A DNA stretch of 63,950 nt, counting the filler, from Phoronis australis (taxonomy: Eukaryota; Animalia; Phoronida): the NCBI GenBank assembly GCA_002633005.1. It is 5 parts of 5 records of this genome, joined end to end, with 100 filler letters (N's around TTAATTAATTAA, not from the genome) between each part and the next. Parts side by side here need not be neighbours in the genome. Positions count along the whole stretch, not along the records: positions 1 to 30,615 come from NMRA01001287.1; 4 more parts are not named here. One strand, 5' to 3'. Every line of letters begins with the position of its first letter. Positions within the stretch are counted from its first letter, which is position 1. The position numbers and the translations under genes are program-made. Shown piece after piece: positions 14,328 to 24,885 of this stretch. The notes beneath the pieces were generated by a model. The model had not been told where the DNA came from. It was given only the letters and a program-made list of their open reading frames with translations, and did not search any database.

Positions 14328-15886
14328 CTTATAAAGAGAACGAAACAATAGATGTAAATATGATTAGATTGTTAACTTCATCAAACGCCTCGGGCCAGCT
14401 TCGTCCCCAAGCCTCAACATGATCGGACTGTAGTGTCAGAAGAAAATGCACACCCACTCTGTTATGGGGATGCCCCCACAAGTGAGCACAGCGTAGCCCT
14501 TTAATATTAAAGAAAGATCCGTAAAACCTTTAGATGCCTAGAATTAGGACTTCAAAAGTGGTTTGAGCAACAGTTTAGCTTTACATATGCGAAAAGTAGA
14601 TAAGGCATGGGTTGTGGCCTGTAACATCGGCTGACTCGTTTTGACATCTGAACTCTTCGAAGTCTCGTATGTTTGGCGCATAAACATAGGTACGCAAGGT
14701 TTGAAACGCCATGATTTTTCAAGCGCTGAGAAAAAGAAAAAGAAATTGCATCAATTTTCTCGTCTCAGGTGAACATTATTTTTTGAAAAGGGAAACAATA
14801 CTCAGGTACCACCGACTAGGCTTTCAAAATAAATCGCCAGAGACCAGAAAACTATTATTGTTTGGCCTTACAACAGAATTCACTCATTTCTCATAAGACC
14901 AACTCAAACTTAGCTCTTCACAGGCTGGTTACTGTTTTGCTACCAATGTAAATAAATAACAGCAATAACTGAACCAACGACAAGACCCACATTAACAACT
15001 GTAGCTTGACATATTGTTGATACATAAGACCTGAGCATGAGGGTACTATACACTGAGTTTATGAATGATGAATATGTTTCCTCTCCCAGTCGTCTGCGTT
15101 TTTATTTTTATAAAGCAGCAGCTTTCGATTTGGTATTGGGGCAAAACATAATATGCTTGGGAGACAAGTTTCGCAAAAATTGTATAACATGCACAAATAA
15201 TGTTTATATTTAAACGAAGCTTTAGAATCACACGTTAAAAATTGTTAAAGATAAAACCCTTTGAAATTTGGAACATTTTCGATACACTCACTTTAGTATG
15301 CACAAAGACTTACGGCCATCAAAAGTATTGACGTTTCTTATGTATTTACGTCGAGACCAAAAATAATATAACTGGCCTAAATCCCTCCAAGCTGACATAC
15401 TTGGACCAGTTAGATCAGCACGCCTTCCCCTTTGGAACTGAACTGGACGAGACAAAAGACGGCAATGGTTGTTCAGTCCAACTTGTATGGAGTAACGTAT
15501 ACAATGTGCTTGTTCAGGGGCTCTTTCCTGAACGACTATGTTTTTGGCTTAAAGAATCAATATGCAAATGGCTTAGCTTATCTCACGAAATAATTAAGGC
15601 TGAGGCTAAAAATCAAAAAAAAATGTCTACAACTCGAAGCCAAAAATAGTTTGCTCGAGAGCAGACTAAAAGTGAAATTCAGCATTTGACCGTAGCCTCT
15701 TGAAGAAGGAAACCCCGAGTCCTGCAGAAGTTCATGTAACAATACTGCCACATGCAACACTCATTATTTCATTTCCGGTTGATGTACTAAGCGGTCACAA
15801 ACCTAGTTAGCAGCATAATCAGCAGTGGATGTTATAAATATTGGAGTCTATACATCTGCAACTGCAAAACCCACAATTAAACATGC

Positions 15887-16017
15887 CTTTCTCAACTTGT
15901 CTTCGCTCCGTGCTGTGATAATGATGTTGGCTCCTAAACGTGCATAGTTATAAGCTAACTGCTCTCCGATCCCCCTCGATGCTCCGGTGACGATGACCCG
16001 TTTGTTGTCAAGTTTTC
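15887..16017 (-). CDS. HSD11B1L: HSD11B1-like SDR, exon 2 (Rossmann motif VIVTGASRGIGEQLAY...TARSEDKLRK)
   Basis: Acceptor ttttcttttcAG and a TGxxxGxG cofactor motif. The exon is 131 nt if the donor is AAG|GCATGT (GC donor). Confidence 0.9.
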
Positions 16018-17611
16018 CTGAAAAGAAAACAAAAGATTAAGTGATGTTCGTTTAAGTAATTGATTTCAGCAGACCTGAGTGTGACGCCACAGAAAGACTA
16101 AACTTTAGGACCAATAGAAACCTCGTTCTGACCTCCAGCGCGCAAGACCAAACGGACGGACCCAGCATTTTTAAAGGGGGGGGGGTCGGACCAAGGATTT
16201 TTTAAATGAAAGGGATGTCCAAGTAAACTATTTGAAAATTATAGATTTGATATCACTAAAATCAAGGGGAAAGGGGGTCCGATCCGGATCCCTTGACTCC
16301 CTGGATCCGCCTATACGTAGACATGTACTTGTTGCAGGGTGTTCTTCGGATTCCTCAGAATACAACTGTTCGAACAGGGCGTCATCGTCGTAACCGCTAC
16401 GGGTTTGACTGAAGACGGCATCTTCTGATTCTTCTGAGTGATGCCACCTCCAACAATAGTCCCCGATTTAAGGTTGCAGGGCACGGGTCCTGCCCCTCGT
16501 TTGGCCGCAAAAAAATAAACACTGAAATGATACGGAAATAAATTTGATAATTTATTATGTTGCGGTTAAACGTGAGCATGTACTTTAATGTATCTGTGTA
16601 CGTGTGTTGGGCACAGACACTACAGAATTAAAAGTGTCCCCTCAAGATAGCCTATATCTGCCACTGGTCCCAGAGGCGGTTCCAGGATTTTGAGTTGGGA
16701 GGCAGGGCAGAGTATTAGCCAGGATTTTATGCTTATGGGATAATATGAGCGGTTAAGAAGTTATTGGACTCCGAATAACTGGCTGGACAAGAATAGCAAA
16801 ACAAAGAACGTGCTATTGAAATGCGAAAGAAAAGCACCTAACAGGCCAGTCGATAAGACAGACAACTAACTATTCACACAACATACCAGACTATTTTAGT
16901 TTTCACAAAGCCGACAGCATGCTAGAGGCGGAAAGAACGAGGTCACGGGCCCGAATAATTGACTAGGACAATTGAATGGAAGTTCTTGGCACGTCACATC
17001 ACAAATGTGAGCACAGCCGTATCTTGACTTGGCTGCATGCTAGGGGGTGCCACCTCTGAACGGCCGGCGTATTATAAATGCCCTCAGGACCTTGACATGA
17101 GATTTTCTTTCTTTGGTAGAGCGTGAAGAATTAGACATGTAAGGGAGGATGAGGATCATATAAGGGGCCTTTTTAAACACATTACAAGTACCGTTGCCTG
17201 TGAAACCACAATTACGAGCCTGCATGACCCGACTGAGTAAGCAGTGCCACCGGCAGTTTCGACAACTGGCCGTTTTCTCTTAGTTTCGTTAAATACATTT
17301 ATTTTGCCACTGAGTTTTTAAAAACCAATTCAAATAAAACAAACAGCAGACAAAGATAGCAATCAGGCAACCGTTTACAAGTGTCACGGCCTATCGAACG
17401 TGATTGACTAAACCGGTGACCAAGTTCAGGGATTGATGACTACTCCAGGTTACCCGTGCAACATATTTATACTCGAGCTCATAAGGCCTCATGCGATGCT
17501 GCTGTGGTGGCCAAAAGGCTTTTTGGCCATAAGACATTTCTGACTGGTGACGGCTCCCGCGCCCAAGCCACCGACGTGCCGTCAGTTCGAAATAGCGATC
17601 TGAAGACTTAC

Positions 17612-17696
17612 CTAAATCCGTTCTATCCACCAGTTGAAAAGCAACATACAAGGCGATTGCTCCGACTAAGAGAGTGACTTTCCAAATCAGCGCCAT
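17612..17696 (-). CDS. HSD11B1L: HSD11B1-like SDR, exon 1 (N-terminal membrane anchor MALIWKVTLLVGAIALYVAFQLVDRTDL)
   Basis: ATG at 17696 and a hydrophobic anchor. The 85-nt exon ends at G|GTAAGT (phase 1), matching exon 2. Confidence 0.85.
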
Positions 17697-18707
17697 TGTT
17701 AAGTGCGGTCCATTGAACAACTAGTTACCGCAATATAATGATACTTGACCTGCCATAGTTTTGTAGACCAACAAATTTTGCAAAGGGAGCATTCACATAT
17801 TCCGTTATCACTCGAGGGGGTGGAGTTGGTTTGGAAATGATGAAGATTTTTGAGAGGGAAAGGACGACGTTATGGTGACGATATCGAGTAGTTGATTAGA
17901 CTCTCCATCACAGTTGTGAAACTAGCTGGTTCGGTCTGGTCAGGCAGAATTGACTATAATTCCAAACTAGACTGGGACCCGCTGTTTCACGCTTGCAGCC
18001 GGGATTTGACTATGTCATTGAGCAGCTCTTTTGGGAAGTATTGGGCGGGCTTAAGGCCGCGGTGTTGTGACACTGGCTGTGCAAAATAGTCCTTTAAAGG
18101 AGTGTTGAAATTCAACAGAGATAATTATCACAGTATATCATTCTTCCACAGTTGTAAAGGCAGTCTTGGTGTGAGAAGGTCGGATGAAAGCAAAGGAGAT
18201 CACAGTGTCGATCGCAGTTGTGAACTGCCAGTCACACGTAGACGTCACCATTCACCAACACTGGCAGTAACTCTGCGTCATCCAAACTCTTTTTCCTGGA
18301 TTCAAAGACAGTCGACCCTTGGGCAATGATATAAAGTAATAATTTGCGGCCTAAGGTAATTAATTTACGCCGCAAATAACCACTTTACGCCACAACTGAT
18401 TACTTTACTCTTGACCCAACAAGAATTAAATTACGCACATAATTTAACGGCGTAACGTTCACCCATTTCGCCAGTGATAGTTTCCCGCACTCGCCCGAAG
18501 TGTGAAGACAGCGATAAAGTCTCCGCCTTCCTCATAACGTAAATTGTTGGCTATGGGTGCCCCCACGATAGCCGTTTTTGACATAACCACGGATGTTAAT
18601 AACAGCGAAATCTGAAATTTGCGGTTATCTCAGTCTAATTATCATACGCCATCCACCATGTACAAAATCTCCCGAGGTCACGTGTTTGATGACATCGAAC
18701 CGGCGTG

Positions 18708-18860
18708 CGTTCAGTTACGTTAGGACCTACGATAGGACCTAGCTAAAACCTAGCCAAAGTCACATGTTCTAATTTGAAATATACGGCAATATCTCACGTA
18801 ATCTCCCGAAGTCTTGTTTTTAGCGAGGTCCAAGCGTTACTGCACGGGAGGCGGGTTCTC
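18708..18860. mobile_element. ~150-bp MITE; inverted copy at 46508-46665
   Basis: GTTCAGTTACGTTAGGACCT...AGGTCCAAGCGTTACTGCAC ends. The reverse complement is present at 46520-46662. Confidence 0.75.
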
Positions 18861-19443
18861 CGTTGGCACTTCCGGTAACACAACTCATCAGGCGTAACAA
18901 AAAAATTACTAATAATGAGTGATTTGAACTTCCATCCTTCCATGTACTAACGGTCGTCGGTCTTAGTCCGAGGTCTTCGCCTTTGCGGCCGACTGAGGCT
19001 TTTCCGTCTTAGTTTTCCCAGTCGAAATTTATTTTTAGTATTTTCGCCAATTGTCACAATTTTCTACTGTATATCTATTTTACTTGATTATTCTAATGTT
19101 GCATGTTCTTTGCTATAAATGTGTGTTTTGACTCATGCTTCTCCTTGTGAAACGCACTAAGTCCAATCAGACACGCGACCTTGTCATTCAATCGTTCCTG
19201 AATGATGAACCTTCCAAATTTACGGTAAAGATCTAAAATGACATTAATCTACGGTGTCACTCGGCTCCAGGTCATGACAAGCGCAGGTTTTTATCAAAGT
19301 TTCGCCTTCGCATCATGATCCCATTGCCACACCTGCTTTATGGTTTTACACCCCATTAAATATGTTTTAACTGCTGAAATCATGTGCACCTAGGTCTTTT
19401 AATGGAGACTCACGTTTGCCGTGCGTATATGGATGTACATGTA

Positions 19444-20005
19444 CGCAAGTTCAAGGGAGGAATCAACATATTGGTCCGACTTCAAAACCCCTTGTCCGGA
19501 CTTCAAAACCACCCAGGAGTCGACTGGACTCAAAAACCAATTGCAGTGGCAGGTGAAAAAACGTTCGTGTTGTCCGAACTTCAAAACGTGACGGCTTCAC
19601 CCAAAAATCTAGTTTGCTAGCCCTATAACACGATGACCGATGCTATAACCAGTTGGCAGATGATCAAAGACGGCGGTTGGACTCCATAAGACTCGATTTG
19701 AATGATCTCGGACGATTCAAGTGAGATCTAGTGTTTTTTCATACCCGTTTGTATGTTTTGTTCAAAATCGGCGATTTGTTTTGCCATTGTGTTTCCGTAC
19801 AAGCCAACCAGTTTAGATCCGGTCAATTATTTTTTTTGGGTGCGGCCATCTGAATTTGAACGATACCGGTCAACCTGTTTTGAGGTCCGACCACCAAGTT
19901 AGAACACCAGCCATTGGGTTTTGCAGTCCAGCCAGCTGGTTTTGAAATCCGGGCAAGTGGTTTTGAAGTCCGACCAACTGTGATTTCAACCCTTGATGTT
20001 GCAGG
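19444..20005. mobile_element. Palindromic MITE with CTTCAAAACC subrepeats
   Basis: TTGGTCCGACTTCAAAACC..TTGTCCGGACTTCAAAACC mirrored by GGTTTTGAAATCCGGGCAA..GGTTTTGAAGTCCGACCAA. Confidence 0.65.
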
Positions 20006-21039
20006 GTTTTGTTTGTTTATTAGTTGCAACCGCTCCACTGATTTTCAAAATTTAACCAGGCATCATTGCCTCGAAGGTATTAATGCAAATAGCGCCACTG
20101 AAGTCAGTGGCTCTAGGCGTACGAAAACCTCGCAAAACACACTCGAGACTTACATTCTTTAACAGTGCTACGAAAGGTAGCACTGTCGAATGTTGTTTAA
20201 CATGGGTTCTCACTGTTTTCAGTAATGAAATGACGTCATAACATTCAGCCATTCCCAGTGGTTGAAATCTGGAAAGCCCCTTTCAGTTTACATTTACCAA
20301 GCGGCGACCACCTTTTTACTTGAATAGTTGCATTTTATTAAAACGGGCAGTGACCGAAGTAAACAAAACCAAGGGAACCCCGATCCAGTGGCTTAAGCTT
20401 AAACAAGTGCGGACAGTGCATAAAGACGTGTGCAAATGATGGCGACGTGATCGGCATACTTCCGACCAAGGCATGCGCATTGATGCCCACGCATGAAATT
20501 TCATCATACATGTACTTCCAAAGGGATACTTCAGTATAGGTGGCGATGAGTCAGAGGGTACTCAAGACTTGGAAAGATATCGCGATGCAGTGCAGGAGAA
20601 GCACGCGCGAGAGCGCAACCTATGCTACTCCTCCAAGCATACGATTAACTCACGCAGACAAGAAGCACGCTTCAAAACGAGGCTCACTACAGTGGCGGAT
20701 CTAGGATACCATAAGGGGGGGCAACATGTCGCCTCGGGTAATTGGGCAAAGCGCAATTGTATGTGCACAGCCGGCCTGAAAGTTCCAGGGGCCGGGGATG
20801 TGGACTTACTGTTTGGAAAACCATTGGTGGACTAAAAAACGGATACACGATTCCGCCGCTACCTGTGGTCTGAGCACCCCCCCCCCTCACCCAGTACCGG
20901 CCCTAATTGCTGAACTCAATATTTCCTCACGCTTCACGCTGTTGCTGTTTCATCTTGCGTGCGGCAGCCAAGGGGGTGGGGGCAGGCCCCCTAGCCCCCC
21001 TAAATCCGCCTATGCAATACGATACAGTAGCTCCCGTTA

Positions 21040-21197
21040 AATGGCTTATCCGCGTTTGTGTTCCGCGTTGCTCGAACGGCGATAGAAAAATTACGGGCAA
21101 TCAACTATCTTGTATTACAATTTCTAAAAGTGTTGCGATTCGGAAGCGTTGGGTCGTTTCCATACACCTTGAGGAAGGAAAATATTTCCAGATATGA
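21040..21197 (+). pseudogene. THAP zinc-finger remnant (DNA-transposon derived)
   Basis: VCVPRCSN...QLS...IRKRWVVSIHLEEGKYFQI resembles the THAP pattern CCVPxCxN...SFHxFP...RxxWxxxIRR. Degenerate. Confidence 0.55.
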
Positions 21198-21713
21198 TTG
21201 ATAAATGTTATTGGAAGTTTGATCACATTTTGTCGCATCTCGGTTGCCGTGCATCATAGCAACGCTAACGGGGAATCTTTGGCCAGCCTGTGATTACGTG
21301 ACTACGAGTTGAAACATGATGCATTACTTTCCAAAAAGGAACACAATAACCAAGCTTGATCTGCCCAGTCAATTGAAGCTCTAAAACGAGATGGATCATT
21401 GTTTTCAGGTTATGCTTTTGACGAACGAACTGGGTGTTTTAATTTTAAAATTAATCTTGGTTGAGATTGATATTTGAAACCCAAAACCCAAATGAAATTG
21501 ATGTAAGAATAAAACAAAGAAAGCAGAATTGATGGTCAAATAATTTTTAGCTTCAATTACCCGCCTGTTTTTGATTTTCATAAAAATAATTTTAATAACA
21601 CCCAACAATCTTCCAGATCAATGGCAAATCAACTGTTAGTCTAGTTAGTCCTTTCCTCACTACCAGCCTTTGCTTGATGTTGATATTAATATTGTTGATC
21701 AACCAATAAAACC

Positions 21714-22020
21714 AGTAGTATGGTAAGTCATTTAGGCGCCCCATTTATGAGGGTCCTCGGTCAAAGGTCAAACGGAAAGGTCAAAGGTCACGTGTGACGA
21801 TTTCAACCGGAAATAACGTCATCTGCCTACAGGACGGAAGTGGCAATGACGTCATATCTCATTACGTAATAGGTTTCATTGGACCTGTTTGAGAGGGACC
21901 TCAATCCAAGGCCAAGGTCATGCGTGTAATCGGAAGTCATCGGTAGACCGGAAAAACTAATTGGAAATCATGTGATTTCTGACGTTATCAGGTAAGTTAT
22001 GGCGTGGCACCGTCCACCAC
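21714..22020 (+). mobile_element. Putative Polinton/Maverick left terminal region
   Basis: Starts AGTAGTA (Polinton ends are typically AG or AGT simple repeats) and lies about 0.9 kb upstream of the ATPase remnant. No matching right TIR found. Confidence 0.35.
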
Positions 22021-22598
22021 CCGGATGTTCGTAGGTTCAGCAGATCGAGAGCGGAAACAAAATAGGGATTATGCTGCGCACTGAATAAGAACAAAAGGTT
22101 GATTCCCTTATTTCGCCTGGGTCACGTGTCGTCGTTGTATAATGTTTGTTCTCTCTCATCTCTCAACAACAGATGTCGCGTATAATCCGTACGTGAAAGA
22201 TGATAAGGGAATATTGTAACCACCTTACTCAACAACAGATGTCGCTCATACCTAACCCAGGTACCGACGGTACTAAGCTAATAAGATATTGTGACCACCT
22301 AAAATAGAACATGAACTTCATATTGTTTAAATGTGTATAGCAAAGTGCATTCGAATACAATACAAAAACCATCAAGACGTCCAGACACCATTATCCGTAC
22401 AAGTAGCAAATTATTAAATGTCCTGAATTAAATGTTCAAAGGTTCAGTGGTGACGCCGTCGTGAAACACCTGTTTTTTGGGGATAAAATTAGGTGAAAGC
22501 CCACTTCTCTCAGTCTTGCAAATATGTATACATGGTGTTATTGCCGCCTAACCGAAATCCTTTGCTGAGGACCGAGCTACTCTTCGTGTGAGACTCCG

Positions 22599-23080
22599 AT
22601 TGTCAGAGGCCTAACATCGAGTGGAAAAGCTCAGTGGACCATGCGACTTCTGAAAAACACCACTGCGATGATTCGTCCTACTCCGGACACTGTGACGTAT
22701 TGTTTCTTCGAATATCGAGATGTATTTTCTAATTTGACCAACGTCAACTTTGTAGAAGGGATGCCTGAACTTTCCAGTTTCGATAGACGCAAGAGACATC
22801 TCGTGGTCGTCGACGGCGTGATGAGTGAATTGGATGGAACTGTGACAAATTTATTTACTAAAGGCAGTCACCATAGAAACGTGTGCGTTGTTTTGATGGT
22901 TCAAAATTTGTTTTCTAAAAACAAAGAGATGTACACCATTAGTCTAAACGCGCACTACCCTGTGCTGTTTAAAAATCCCCGGGATAAAACAAATTGTGCA
23001 CCTGGCTAAGCAGATTTATCCGGGGAATACCAGATTCGTACAGGAAGCGTTTGCCGAGGCTACCAATAACCTTTCGGTTT
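22599..23080 (+). pseudogene. Polinton/Maverick packaging ATPase (A32/FtsK-like) remnant
   Basis: Degenerate Walker A IVRGLTSSGKA in frame upstream of ORF 22641 and Walker B HLVVVDG. Then LFTKGSHHRN-QNLF-TISLNAHY-LFKNPRD, and after a frameshift near 22990, QIVHLAKQIYPG...FVQEAFAEAT. Confidence 0.85.
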
Positions 23081-23776
23081 CCATGCACTAGTAATGCATC
23101 GTTTGCACAAACTCCGTCTCCCCCGCTCCACTACAGACCTTCGTTGCGCCCGTTTCGGCACCGCCTTAATTCCAGGTATTGCACCGGCCCCCTATTTGGA
23201 TTCGGGGTGTTCTATTTTTTTCTCGCGGGCCGTTTTTTCGCGAACGCGGAGGGAGGGTGACCAGTTTCGTACTGGGCTTGGTGACGTCAGTCCGTCGGCA
23301 CTTATATACTTTGTGTACTTTCGCTCTAAAGAATATCTGATCACAGTATTTTGTGTTACGGCAGGGTCAAATGTTCTGGAAAGAAATTTCTACTGCTGGG
23401 GAAAGAACCTTGCATGCACACACTATTTCCCCTCGGCGCTTCCCACCAGCTGCTACCCGTGCGAAAGCACGGGTAACGGCTAGTATTATTTTAAACTTTC
23501 AGTAGTTTGCATTATTCATCAAACGAGACTACGAAACACATGAAGCCCAAGACTACGAGGTATGCGAAGACTGGGACGATACGCCATTCATTTATTACGC
23601 CACTTATGAGCTTTTTCGCAAAATATTTGAATATTTTGTTCAACTGCTCGTTTCCAGAGCTACTGAAATCCTTTTTGAAGAAACCTTCAACAAAACCAAA
23701 AGTTCACCAGGTGCACACTACAGATTGTCTGTACACGAAGTAGAAACAGACGTTGCCTGCTTAGCCTCGCTTCGAG

Positions 23777-24885
23777 ATGAGTCCGTTACTGCATGCCTTG
23801 AAAGTTTTGACGGTGATGATTTGTGCGGAATGTTTACTTAGCTCCCAAGAAAACATGCGAAGCTGTTGGTTTTTGAAACAAACAGACGTTGTCGTGAGAG
23901 CAACCATCCAGACTATTGCAAAGAAGTTTGTGTCGCAGTGCGCTCAAGAGTGGTTACAGGACGTGGAATGTACTGCTTTTTCAGTAGAGAAAGAGGGCAC
24001 AGACTCAGTCACATGCAACTTAACTACGTCGTGTTACCTTGTTCTTGGTACACAACAGAAAGGCTCCCATCTTTATGAGAAACCAATGACTGTTCCTCAA
24101 TTTGGTTTCAATTGGATTCACACACAACGGAAAACTGGATTTTTTGGATCTCATCCGGGCAGTCTGGAGTGTGGGCGACACATAGGCCTACAGACGATTC
24201 CATCTGGTACAAAAGTGGCACGTACAGAGCGAGCGGAACCAACCCATCGACGGGAGGGGATTGGGTGCAGATATCAGGAGGCTTAACATACATGTACATC
24301 TCATCCGGGACAAACGTGGTTTGGGGAACGAACAGTGAAGATCGTATCTCACTATAGGTCGTCAGTAAATTCAAACCAACCAACCGTAAGTAGTTGGCCG
24401 TCAGTCAGTGGTGGTTTGAGGCAAATAAGTGTTTCCTCCTACTCAAATGAAGTATGGTCCGTAAACAGCGGACAAAATCTTTACCGGCGGTTTGGTTCAT
24501 CGTTGACATCTTTTGGAAATGACTGGACTTACATTGACCTTAACATTACACAAGTGAGAAAAGCAGGCGTTTGGGCCGTGAGATCAACAGGGGAACTGGT
24601 CTACAAGAAGGGAACTTATCAGACACCAGGGACGACTGGAAGCGGCTGGGAGACGGTATATTGCCCATACATAGAATAAGCGTTGGTAATGACACGGTTT
24701 TTATCACTACTACAGGCAACTTGATGTATTTCCGTTATGGAATGTGTGCTCGAAACCCCACTGGACGAAAATGGTCTAGCTTTGAAGGAAGTTTTAAACT
24801 GATCGATATCGACGACGTAAGTGGTACTATCTGGGCACTGGATGTCGAAGGCCGTCCGTGGTTCAGAAACAGAAGTAACAATTGA
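23777..24885 (+). pseudogene. Intronless secreted PAN/apple + tectonin (TECPR/tachylectin-1-like) beta-propeller lectin, frameshifted
   Basis: Signal peptide, then CAQE(W)LQDVECTAFS...C (PAN-like). Repeats ISSGQSGVWA, WVQISGGL.YISSGTNVVWG, GGLRQISVS..VWSVN and GVWAVRSTGELVYKKG are spread over four overlapping ORFs (shifts near 24130, 24350, 24670). Confidence 0.8.
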
